Of a stretch of DNA of 64,000 nt, positions 12,001-23,800 are shown piece by piece. Where the stretch lies: contig OZ237768.1 of assembly GCA_965178125.1 (NCBI GenBank), positions 62,001-126,000 of the forward strand. Direction: 5' to 3'. The notes below the pieces were generated by a model. It saw nothing but the letters and a program-made list of their open reading frames with translations. It had not been told where the DNA came from and ran no database searches. Position numbers and translations under genes: made by a program. Each line of letters starts with the position of its first letter. Position 1 is the first letter of the stretch. This stretch comes from Bilabrum cf. latius. Its lineage: Eukaryota.

Positions 12001-15000
12001 GAGATTGCATGCATGTCCGGGGTGCTGCAGGCATGGGGCAGGGCAGCAAGGGCGTAGAGGCTCCAAAAACTAACCCTGCTTCGAGCGGCGGTGCGGGAGC
12101 AGCGTGCAGCTTTGCAAATTGGCATGAGGCAGCTCGGGATGGCTGTAGTTGCGCCGCACGGACTAGCTGTTGGACAGGTACCCGTCAGTAGTGAGGGGCA
12201 GAGCGACGTGCTGCAGCTCAATGGCCGAGAATGCAGGCTGCTCGGGGGCCTGTTCCAGCTTCTGGTCGCCAGGGCAGGTGCCAAGGGGCTGCAGAGTAGT
12301 AGCGGCGGGAAACGGCCACGGGGGCCGTCTGGCGTGCGGCGGCGCTCATTGTCCTCTTCGTCGTCCATATCTCGATTCTCTCGAAAGGGGGGGTGGCGGC
12401 GGGCAGCAGCCTTCGCTGCAGTGGTGCCAGCGACCACGGAGTATGCGTGGGGGCTGGCGCCGGGAGCGTCTGCTCTTGGGTAGGTTGGCACCAGGACCGA
12501 TACCAGACTGTGGGGTTGCGCTGATGCGGCGCGGCGTGCCCAGCAGGTGACGGAGGCGAGTTTCATGGGGTGGCTGGGGCTGGACGGATTCGGAGCGCCT
12601 CTCGTGAGGACTAGTGGCCGTCCTTCCCCGGCTTCGTAGGTTTAGCTGGCCTGCGTGCAGATGGGAATCATTGAGGATGGGGCAGGAGAGGGAGGAAGTG
12701 GCACTGCGGGTGTGCGATCGAACGAGGCGCATTCAAATCCTGATTGCGATGGTCGAGATGCCAAGGTCGTATGGGAGGTGCTGCAGGGGGCACGACATCC
12801 TCCGCTGCTCACCAGGGGTAGGTTCATGCGGTTCTGTGCGGGGGTTGGATTGCTTGCCAGTGAGGATGACAGGAGTCGGCTGCAGGCCGCATTCGAGGCC
12901 GAGGCCCAGGAGGACGCCACCGTAAGGCGGAGAACAGGGGATCGCCGTGTGCCTGAGCTTGGATCTACTGTAGCGTCCAGGCAGGCGAGGGCTGATCTCA
13001 TCGAGAGCGAGGGGAGACTGCCAGGCGCGGCCAGGGAGGCACTCATGCGCGCCTCTGCCAGAATGGGAGACAGCGCCATCGGCGAGAGCGTGGTTTCTGC
13101 CACGGGCGACACCTCGGTCATGGTGGAGGGCATTGGCTTCTAGGCCTTCCTCCGACTGCTAGGGTCGATCGCGTGGGATGTGTACGGAGAAGCTGCCGCT
13201 AGTCGGGCGAGGGAGGGGGGCAGACAGGCCGCCATCGTAGGGTCCAGTACCGGCGGTCGAGCGGGCGGTGATGGGGACAACCGGCAGATCAGCTTGAGTC
13301 CGGCATGCATGGCAGCTGCGGCGCTGATTCGCTTGCACGTGATGCCGGCTGCATTTGTGGCAGCTGCATGTGCCGCTCTTGATCTGGCTGAGGCAGGAAG
13401 GGGGGCCACCACTGGTGCAGCGGTGGAGCACGTGGCTCGGGCGGCGAATCTTGCGGCAGAGACAGGCGTGGCCCCAAGCCTAGCCATGACTCAGGCCGTG
13501 CAGCAGGGGCACGGTGCAGTGCTGGCCGACGATAGGGGTGTTCTCGAGGCTGCAGCAAGCCCACTCGTGCAGGACGGTCCCTCCGGCGTAGCTGTGACCC
13601 CGACTCCCACGCATGGCCCGTGGAGCAGTTTTCCTGCGGGTGCATTGCACGGCGCTGTCGAAGGCTAGGACCCCCACGCGCGTGATGTGTACGGCGAAGC
13701 GGCTCGGGACCCCGTCGGTTTCGTGCTGGCAGATGCTCCTCTGGACGAGGACGGACGAGCAGCAGTGCAGCTGCTGGCAGACAGTGCCGGGGCTCTGGAG
13801 GCTTTGTAGAGGCACTACGTCTCGGCTAGGAGCAGGACCAGCAGGGGCGACCGGAGCGCAGACACCCAGGACAAGCGATCTTCTGAGCCCGGCAGTCGTG
13901 CCGCGTTGCGCTCAGTATTTCGGTAGCTGGATGCAGATGGGGATAATGCTCTGAAAGGAGCCGAGCTGGGTGCCTTGGCGCGGTACTTGAGGGCCTACTC
14001 GGGAGGAGGGGTCAGTGGCATGAGCAAGGGGCAGGAGCAGGGGCCAGCTCGAGATGGTGTCCAAGTTGATCGGATCATCGATGCCGTTGCTACCAGCGGG
14101 GGCGGATCAATCAAATTTGACGGTTTCTGCGAGGCAGTTGACAGGGCGGGCGGGCTGTAGGGCGGCGACTCGCGCGTGGTGGTGGGCGCGCTGGCAGGCA
14201 GGCTCGCTGGACTGGTGCGGCCGCTGGACTCGACAGGAGGCGGGCGCTCGCCTGGAGCAGCAGGGTATGTGGCGAAGGCTGCTGGACACTAGAGTGGGGC
14301 AGGAGGTTAGTGGTAGAGCGAGCAGGCGAATGGATTTGAGGCAGCACATGCAGCGGCAGAGCGTGCTGCTGTGGAGCTCGAGGCACTGCGCATGATGAGG
14401 GCGTCTGCGGGGGCACTGGAGGAGGGTGAGACAAATGGTGCATCACATGCTGGTGTGCAAGAGGCGGGCAAGGACGCCAGGTCACTCGGTGCCACAGCTC
14501 GCGCCATGGCTAGAGGAGAGGCCGTGCCCGGCTCTGGCTGGGCAACTCGTGACGGGGATGGGGATGGGGACTCTGTGGACAGCGAGCTCGAAGCTGCAGC
14601 CAGAGGGGAGGGGCATGCATCATAGTAGAATGAAGGGGTGGATGGCCGTGGGCGCTTCGAGGCGTCGTTCCAGCCCACCGGAGCCAGGCCGAACGGAACA
14701 GGCGCTTCCCATCGGGCCCTGGCGCGCGCGCTGGCCCAAGACGCCCCTGCCCCCGCCCGCATGCAGCTTGCAGATGTGGAAGCGTTCCTTCGGGATGCCG
14801 GGCTCGATGCCGGCAAGCTGTCTCGGGCCGAGTGCAGGCGGCTATTCTCCGATGCATGCGCCATGCAAACCGCCCTGGACTTAAAGCAGGACCCGGGGGC
14901 CAAGGTGGCGGCCACCGGTCTGGGCACGCCGGCACTGGCGGGGCTCCTCGCGGCAGCGGGCACCATAGTGTACACGCGGCACCCGTTTCGACTGGATGGA

Positions 15001-16293
15001 ACCAGCAGGGTGTAGCGAATTGCGCTGTTGCTCCGAGGCGTCGATCTATCGGGTGCCGTGGCTCGCCGTGACATCAGCACGGGCAGGGGCGGTGCTGCGC
15101 TGGGAGGGCGCCGGTCGGTGAGCGCCGCGCGGGGAGGCAGACCGGCGCGGCAGCAGGAGCTGTTTCCCTCGGCCACACGGGCCCTGCGACGGGGAAGAGG
15201 GTCCTCATCGCCATCGCCATCCCTTGGGCCAGGCAAGGGAGGGCCCAGTGAAAGGAGCCAACAGCGGGTTCTAGAGGCGATGATGCTGGCTAGCGATGCA
15301 AGTGATCTTGGTGTTGAAGCAGGGATAGCGGGCGATCTCGAGAGATCTGCGGCCATGGATGCACCTTGGCTCGGTGGCAGGTCCAAGACAGCGGGCAGGG
15401 CCAGTACCAGGCCTGGATCCGTACCTAGCTCTCGGTCGAAGCCCGCTGTGGCACGTGCTCGATCCTCTGTGAGGCGGAAGGAGGCAAGTGGCAAGCTGCG
15501 ACTGTGGGAGTCTGCAGTGGGACCCTGGCCCGCCTCGGAGGAGGAGAGAACCATGGGAGCTGCTGCGGGGATGGGTGTGACGAGTGAGAGGGGGCCGCGG
15601 GTGGAAGTGTCCCGAGAGGCAGCGGCAGAGGCGGAGCTCCGACGGGATGGTGCACTGGCTCGAGCACGGGCCGTGGCAGAGGGTGGCCGCAGCGCCTACG
15701 ACCCCGAGGCAGCAGCGAGGCAGCTGGGGCGCAGTCGACCCAACTTCAGCGGCGGCCGGGCTGGGGCCACTCCCACTCCTCATAGCAGCGACAGGCAGGA
15801 CCAGGCCGTGGTGGACGCGGCCCGTCGGCTGGCTCGGGCCAGGGAGCAGGCGCTGCAGTGGACTAGGACCGCGCAGGGGCTGTCTAGCAGGAGGGGGGCG
15901 GGCGGGGATGAAGGTGAGGGTGAGGGTGGGGGTGAAGGGGTGCTGCACCTGGGAGATTAGGGTGCCGATAGGGGCAGAGATGGAGTGATGGGTGGGGAAG
16001 AAGAGACCTGGAATGGTGGGAGGGATGGCGATAATGAAGATGAAGAGGGTGCCACAGTTGGAGGTGGGGGAGTGCAGGAGGACAGGACTACGAGCCGAAA
16101 GTATGCAGGGACATACCCTGGTCATTGGTTCACAGGCATGATGCCAGCAGATCTAGACGCAGGTGCACCACCAGCGGATGACCTGGCCCATGACCCCGAG
16201 GGTCGCGCCACCATGCTGCTCGGGGCCATGTAGGCCAGGCAGAGGATTCGAGCTCCACTTCCGGTGCATGCGCTGGGGAGACCCCGAGAGTGA
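6020..16293 (+). CDS. Giant Sfi1-like (centrin-binding repeat) protein with an EF-hand pair, ~3400 aa; exon 1 6020-6301, intron 6302-6372, exon 2 6373-16293
   Basis: All frame-1 ORF fragments from 6343 to 16233 join through 27 TAG codons, with no TAA/TGA until TGA at 16291-16293. Many ~33-aa repeats of type RALRxWxxW span ~8450-12100. EF-hand-like FR*LDADGDNALKGAEL lies at ~13918-13970, followed by a degenerate partner ATSGGGSIKFDGF. The phase-0 intron is AAG|GT...TTTTGCAG|GTG. Confidence 0.8.
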
Positions 16294-16763
16294 CAGCAGA
16301 GAATTTATCATATTGTTGAATACAGTGTTAAACTCTCTCTTGCACTACTCGGACGGGTCCTCTGGGGCAGGGCTTAGCCTAACTCATTCAACAACTGCCT
16401 ATATGGTCGGCGCCCATCACTCTGGAGGAGCCACTGCACCGAATTCAGGTCCTCGCAATCCATTCGCGAGCATGCTTGGGAGTAAAGGGTCGTAGTTGTG
16501 CTGCGCAGAGCGCAATACACTGCAAGTGACTCACAGCTCGGTATAGCCTATAGTATCCATCAAAAAAGGATATAATCATGAGCTCTCCTGGCAACTTGGC
16601 TGCGTTCGACATCGGGCACCTGCAGTAGACCCCGGGGCCTCGTTGATCTGGCGTACTTCCACTCGTGTATCGCCACCGCCGATCAAATGATATGGTATTG
16701 GGACAGCGCTGCATTCTCGCAGCTCTAGCTTGGCACCATTTTGCAAGTAGCCAAAGCTGAGCA

Positions 16764-17222
16764 TTACTTCAACAGACCCATCCTAGCAAGTTTATGGGCT
16801 AACGAAAGCTCATTGTCGTACTACAGTCCTTCGATCTCCTTCTTTGCTTGCGCCCTTTCCTTGCGAAATGCGCGTTCAAGACCGTCTCGCTTCCATTTGA
16901 TCTTCTCCGCTTCTAAAACTTCTTGCCTTCGCCTTTCGCGGTCTTCTTCTCGCTTTATTGCATCCGATATTTGTTTGTCGAGCTAAATCCGGTACAGCTA
17001 CAGCTCGGCGGCTTGCTTTGGCTCCAAAGCTATCGGAGCGGGAGCCGGATTTACAATTGGATCCACACCTCGCTTTGCACGGGCTTTGGCAGTCTGGTCT
17101 ACGGATGTTAAGGGATCATCTCCATTTATTTCTACTTTTCTGCTGGACTCTTCATCAAGTTCGAGGATTGTCATTGTGTTGAGCTTCAATATCTCGCCAG
17201 TCTCCGCATCTGCAACCTCCAT
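16764..17222 (-). CDS. Hypothetical 152-aa charged coiled-coil protein
   Basis: ATG at 17222. The frame reads through TAG at 16998, 16983 and 16821 into ...LDKQISDAIKREEDRERRRQEVLEAEKIKWKRDGLERAFRKERAQAKKEIEGL*YDNELSLAHKLARMGLLK and ends at TAA 16764-16766. Confidence 0.7.
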
Positions 17223-17442
17223 ATGAGCGATTACAAGCCTGATAAGCCAGACAGCAGCGGCCAGTACAAATAAATAGTATACCACTTCACCCTGAAGCAA
17301 AGAGCAATGCTCCAAAAATAACACAAAGTAGCCAATAATGCATCATGATACAATGCAACGGACATGCAAAGAGGATGAGAACAAACTTTGAAACTGGAAA
17401 CCTGACATTGAGCGGCACTGGCAAGCTGTGGCACCGTTCTGC

Positions 17443-20400
17443 TTATCGTGCAGTCCGATCATCCGAGCAGCCAGCAGCCAACAGCACCCGCTCGCACTAC
17501 TAATGGCCACCCAAGCGAGCAGCGCCAAGAATTCCCACGACTACCGAGTCCCCCGCCTCATCCGGTACTTCTCCTTGCATGCTCAGCGCACCTGCAAGTC
17601 TTCCTAGCCGCAAGCGCTTCGACAGCTCCAGCGGCCGACCATCTCTCGCCGCCCTGAAGGCAAGGTCGCGGTCCCGCCATGCGCACATGCCATTTCGCCA
17701 CTGGAGCAGCCTGCCCTGCCTCGACTTGCCGACCCACGCCCACACCTGCCTCACCAGCCGCTGCGCATGCAAGCAATCAGGATGCGCACCGGACAAGCGC
17801 TCAAGCCAAGGAATGATCCCAAGCTGATCAATGCGCAATGGCCTTGCCCGCATCCACCCCGGCGGCGTGGCGTGCTGCCAGCTCGGCCGGGCCAGCTCGT
17901 CCAAGCACGCCGTGTCCAGCACGCCCTGCAGCAAGATGCGAGCCGCGCGCGGGCACGCCATGCCGTGCGTCTCGATCGCATCCTTGAAGTACTCGACAGC
18001 AGTGTCAAAGCCGATCGCCTCCCCGTGGCACACGAGAGACAGCAGAGTGGCAGCTCGGGTGGCAAGCACCACAGGCGGCGGGAAGCTGCTAGCATCTCCA
18101 GCACGTGACAGACTTGCAGCCTTGCGGGTGAATCGCTCTGATACCCATGCAGCTGCGATGAGAGCTCTGTGGCTGGAGGCCTGCACACGCGGTGCACCAG
18201 CGGCCGATCTGTCCTCGCTCTCAGATAGGGCAATCACTTCACGGGCTAGTTCCATGCCATACAATCGGTTTTCCGAGCTATCAAAAGCCCCACGAGCCGC
18301 TTTCAGGGCCGCAAGGTCGTCAGGGCAGATCTGGGCGCATTCGTCGGCACTCCGCCAGTCAATGACTGGCCTCTCCTCAATGGCGGCAACACAGTCAGCA
18401 CATCCAGGTACCACGCGGAACACCTCCGCATTACACATAGGATCTAGCTTTGTTTTCTGCCTACCCTCGGTGAACGGTGGGGACAGAAGAAGGCGTAGCC
18501 TGCTGCCCTGGGCCCATGCCGCAGAGCACAGCACAGCGGCAGCAGGTCGATCAATGGCACGATGTTGCAGCTTCACGTTCACGAGAGATGCGCTATTGCC
18601 CAGGCATTGAGCTGCGGCTATCGCTTTCTTCAAGCCCCAGCGTGACCGGGCATGTATCGCTACTGCCGAACAAGTCAGGCGCAGGGACTGCAGTCCAGGG
18701 TGGCCCCCCACTGCCTTCCAGAACTCGGCTCTCTCGATCGGATCGTGCTTTTTGTCTTCCCCGCGGCGTATTGCATAGTGCAAGTCCAGCGATCGAAGGG
18801 CTGGCAGCATGAGGCCAGCCAGAGTGACTCGGCAGGTAGCTTGCAGTGCTGATTCCACGATAGAACAACTGTTTGAAAGAGCTAGGCTGGCTAGTCCGTG
18901 CATCTGCTCTACAGCAGCTGCCATGGCGTTGATTCTGTCCTGATCCAGCGACGACATGTCCAAACACAACTCTCTGAGGTGCACAGTTGGCGCGGTCAGT
19001 GCATCCGTGAGGTGCTTAAGGCTTTCGGAGTCATCTGATGTGGGCGTGAAGACCAGGCGCTCCAGGTCAGGACACCCTTGAAGTAGCGCTCGGGCATCTC
19101 GAGTGGCCAGTGCATCCAGTTGCACCCTGCGGATCCGAGGCGGTGGACCCTTCGTTGTTGCTGCTGCTTCGTCCAAACGAGGTCGCAAAGCCATCGGACT
19201 CGCCAAAGCCTTGGCTATATCGCTCGCACTCCCGAAATAGTCCCCATAATCGTGAATGTCTAACGCGGTCAGTGACGTCGACGACTTCAGGCCGAGCAAG
19301 AACTCCTGTGCAGGCGGCATGGCTTGATCCTGAATGACGTCACGAAAGCCGCCAATGAGCCGGAGGTGCTGCAGCGGGATGCTTGTGCGCGTCACCTAGT
19401 GAAACTGCACGCTTCCAGGCCCGTGCATGAGCAAGCAGCCGACAGCCTCCCGAGCTCCAGCCTAGTCAGTGATATATCCGCGTCGCCTGGTAATTGCTGC
19501 CCTGTTGAGTCTGCGTCGGGCGAATAAAAGCCTTATCATGGGATTATCTAGGTGCTAAAAGTACTTGGACGCCTGTCCATTCAGCCGTGGAAAGTCCAGG
19601 CGGCGGACTCCTCCCGCGATGGAGAGAAGAGACAGCAGCACGCCCACGCACTCATCTCCCATTGCGCTGCCTGCCAGTGACAGTCTGTCGAGTCCATCCC
19701 CCCTACTGGCCCTGCAGCAGATCGCCGCCCCGAGACAAGCAACGTTGCGGAGGGCGCTCCCTCTGCTACACGATGCGTGGACGAGCTAAGCTCTAGCTCT
19801 TGCAACTGCAGCATACTTTCGCGCAACCGCTGGATCGATACCTAGGAGCCTATCGGCCATGCCAGAGGCGCGTGATCTTGCAGGTTTCGCAGGTGCTGGT
19901 GCACGGTTCGCAGGTGCTGGAGGACAGTCAGCCACTGCTGCAAGCCCAGCGCCATTCCAAAGCAGCCGACCAGTGGGCCACAGCCTGGGTGTGTCGGTTG
20001 CCTGCGATTCGTCAGCGCCCCCTAGCTTCTTCCAGTCCTCCGGAGGCTCGCTTGACTTCGTCAGCGGCACCACGGGTAGCACTGCTCGTGGCTTGCCGCC
20101 GTCACCCACAAGAACCGCACAGCGAGTGGCCAAGCCGCGAGGCCTGTGTTCTGGCAGCAGCGGCAGGACGGAGCATGGCGCAACAGTGCCCAGATCATCT
20201 GGAACTCTAGCCAGTGACGGAAGTATCATCATATGAGCTTCGTACTTGGCCTTCTCCTCATCAGTTACTTGAAATATGTTGGGTATGTCTGACAGGTTGA
20301 GGTGACGCAGGCTCGAGTTCGCAGCAAGCCCCCATGACATGTCCCGGAATGCGTTTGGGCACATCATACAGCCTCGCAGCGACAGCGATCGCAATCTACA

Positions 20401-20811
20401 CGCTCTACTGTGGCAAAGCATTAGTCCGAGAGCCATACCGTCTTCATTGTTTGACAGTTGGGATCCGTCCAAGCTGAGCTCCGTCAAACGCGAGAGGGAG
20501 GGGAAAAAATACAGAGGGCTCTATTGATGGGACCACGAGCCCATACCAGGCAAATCCATTTGCTCAATGCGTGCGTTCAGCTCGATGCTTGCGCTTTTCA
20601 GCTTTCGCAGGCGAGCGAAATCACGCTACACGAGCTGTTGCACACTAAAATCTCTCCGCACGCCAACAGCCTGAGTGCCGACAGGTAGCGTCGATAGCGC
20701 CGCCACATCATCGATCCACTGCGAGAGCTTGAGGAAGACTTGTACACAGAACACTCTAAGTTGGTTATCAGATTTGCTATTGCACCGAGGCAGAAGCTGC
20801 ACGGCCCGGGA
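17443..20811 (-). CDS. LRR/RNI-like protein, paralogue 1 (main open frame; start and 5' exons unresolved, possibly extending to ~21.7 kb)
   Basis: One frame joins ORFs 19786-20487 and 17500-19395 through 8 TAGs and ends at TAA 17443-17445. RNI-like LRR strands include LTELSLDGSQL, LRSLSLRGC, LAANSSLRHLNLS, LTALDI, LRELCL, LASLALS, LRSLDL and LQSLRL. An in-frame TGA at 20812 bounds the frame upstream. Confidence 0.7.
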
Positions 20812-23800
20812 TCAAACATCCGTCTGAACCGGGTATCAGTACTCTCCGGATGCTTAGGAAGTCACAACACAACCATCTGCGCAATCTTCAATCTCCTAGA
20901 GCTGCACGATGGCCTGGTAGCAACACCCGTACCACCAGAGTTGGAGATGTCGAAGTCGGTGTAGCTTCCCAAGGATGTCTATGGGTGAAGAAGTTTACCC
21001 GATCAGCTTGCACCTCCTGATGGTGTTGAGGCGTATCGCCACCTTTGCTGGAGTGGCCATTCGGATATTGTAGGCAGCCAATGCAAGCCAGCTGCTCGTG
21101 GCGTTCTCCCAGAAATTGGTTGGATTGGCTCACCTCCATCCGGATGTTGGACTGAAATGAATCGCTATCCATACAAATCCGATCGAACCACCCCTTTTTT
21201 TCTGCTTTTCTCTCAATTCTTGAGGAGGATAGATACCGCCATAAGGATCCACCAAGGCGTTGAACTGCATATGGACCATGCCTCGGGTTTTCTCCAGTCA
21301 AATCGCACTCCGAGTCGCCGCACAGAGCATTGCAGGCCTGCTTGCTTGCTTGTATGGCTGCATGCATGCACGCAGCGGTGGTGCCGGTGGAACTGGAGCC
21401 TCGTTCCGGGCAGGCTTGTAGGTCAGTACAACATGTAGCAGATCGAGCCTTGGCAGCTGTATCAACACGCCCAGGTGCCCGAGGTACGACTCGGGCTTGA
21501 GGTGATATCCCGCTGCCCAGCCATCACGTGTCACAGGCAGAACAAATCGCCACAGCAGCGGGCCTGCAGGCTCGCATTGAGTAGCTGACCAAGCTCGCTG
21601 GCATCAATGGGAGCAATCATCGCGGTAGAGGGCATCACGTGCCTGGTCTGTGTCCCGCTGGCAGCAGCAGGCCAGCTAGATCCGGATTGTTACCCGACTA
21701 GGCCTAGTAGTACCCTGCTTGTTGCGACCAGGGTGAATCTCGCGTGCCGCCAATGCATCGCCCTCATCGTGATCGATGACCGCCTGTGTACCGTATGCCG
21801 CAATAATGCCTTGCAAGGTAAATGATCTGGGCGATTCGCAAAGAGAGTGTCCAGGGCAGGCAGCTGATCCGGGATTGGATGATGTACGGTGCTCGGCACC
21901 GGCGTTATCACAATTAACACCCAATAAGGAACTGGTCGAACTTACCCAAAGTATCATGTGACGTGGATATGAAAACAAATGCATCGCATTTCAGCCACGG
22001 TATAAATAGCACATAGACGAGGGATGGTACAATCACGACTCCAATCAACGACAAGTCCCATCATCCGAGCAGCCAGCAGCCAACAGCACCCGCTCGCACT
22101 ACAAATGGCCACCCAAGCGAGCAGCGCCAAGAATCCCGACGAAAACCGAGCCCACAGATTGAGCCGGTACTTCTCCTTGCATGCTCAGCGCACCTGCAAG
22201 TCTTCCTAGCCGCAAGCGCTTCGACAGCTCCAGCGGCCGACCATCTCTCGCCGCCCTGAAGGCAAGGTCGCGGTCCCGCCATGCGCACATGCCATTTCGC
22301 CACTGGAGCAGCCTGTCCTGCCTCGACTTGCCGACCCACGCCCACACCTGCCTCACCAGCCGCTGCGCATGCAAGCAATCAGGATGCGCACCGGACAAGC
22401 GCTCAAGCCAAGGAATGATCCCAAGCTGATCAATGCGCAATGGCCTTGCCCGCATCCACCCCGGCGGCGTGGCGTGCTGCCAGCTCGGCCGGGCCAGCTC
22501 GTCCAAGCACGCCGTGTCCAGCACGCCCTGCAGCAAGATGCGAGCCGCGCGCGGGCATTCCATGCCGTGCGTCTCGATCGCATCCTTGAAGTACTCGACA
22601 GCAGTGTCAAAGCCGATCGCCTCCCCGTGGCACACGAGAGACAGCAGAGTGGCAGCTCGGGTGGCAAGCACCACAGGCGGCGGGAAGCTGCTAGCATCTC
22701 CAGCACGTGACAGACTTGCAGCCTTGCGGGTGAATCGCTCTGATACCCATGCAGCTGCGATGAGAGCTCTGTGGCTGGAGGCCTGCACACGCGGTGCACC
22801 AGCGGCCGATCTGTCCTCGCTCTCAGATAGGGCAATCACTTCACGGGCTAGTTCCAGGCCATACAATCGGTTTTCCGAGCTATCAAAAGCCCCACGAGCC
22901 GCTTCCAGGGCCGCAAGGTCGTCAGGGCAGATCTGGGCGCACTCCTCGGCTTTCCGCCAGTCAATGATTGGCCTCTCCTCAATGGCGGCAACACAGTCAG
23001 CACATCCAGGTACCACACGGAACACCTCCGCATTACACATAGGATCTAGCTTTGTTTTCTGCCTACCCTCGGTGAACGGTGGGGACAGAAGAAGGCGTAG
23101 CCTGCTGCCCTGGGCCCATGCCGCAGAGCACAGCACAGCGGCAGCAGGTCGATCAATTGCACGGTGTTGCAGCTTCACGTTCACGAGAGATGCGCTATTG
23201 CCCAGGCATTGAGCTGCGGCTATCGCTTTCGTCAAGCCCCAGCGCCACTTGAAACGCCTTGCGAGTATCGAACAAGTCAGGCGCAGGGACTGCAGTCCAG
23301 GGTGGCCCCCCACTGCCTTCCAGAACTCGGCTCTCTCGATCGGATCGTGCTTCATGTCGATCCCGTGGCGTTTTGCATAGTGCCAGTCCAGCGATCGAAG
23401 GGCTGGCAGCGTGAGGCCAGCCAGAGCGACTCGGCAGGTAGCTTGCAGTGCTGATTCCACGATAGAACAACTGTTTGAAAGAGCTAGGCTGGCTAGTCCG
23501 TGCATCTGCTCTACAGCAGCTGCCATGGCGTTGATTCTGTCCTGATCCAGCGACGACATGTCCAAACACAACTCTCTGAGCTGCACAGTTGGCGCGGTCA
23601 GCGCATCTGTGAGGTGCTTCAGGCCATACTTACGATCTAATCTGGGTTGGGTGTTCAAGTGCTCCAGGTCAGGGCACCCTTGAAGTAGCGCTCGGGCATC
23701 TCGAGTGGCCAGTGCATCCAGTTGCACCCTGCGGATCCGAGGCGGTGGACCCTTCGTTGTTGCTGCTACTTCGTCCAAACGAGGTCGCAGCAGCATCGGG

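Noticed and set aside
20812-21800. 5' exons of the LRR paralogues (and the matching 25408-26365)
   Set aside because: The region is conserved between copies and probably genic, but in-frame TGA codons occur and I could not derive a consistent splice model, so no CDS coordinates are claimed.
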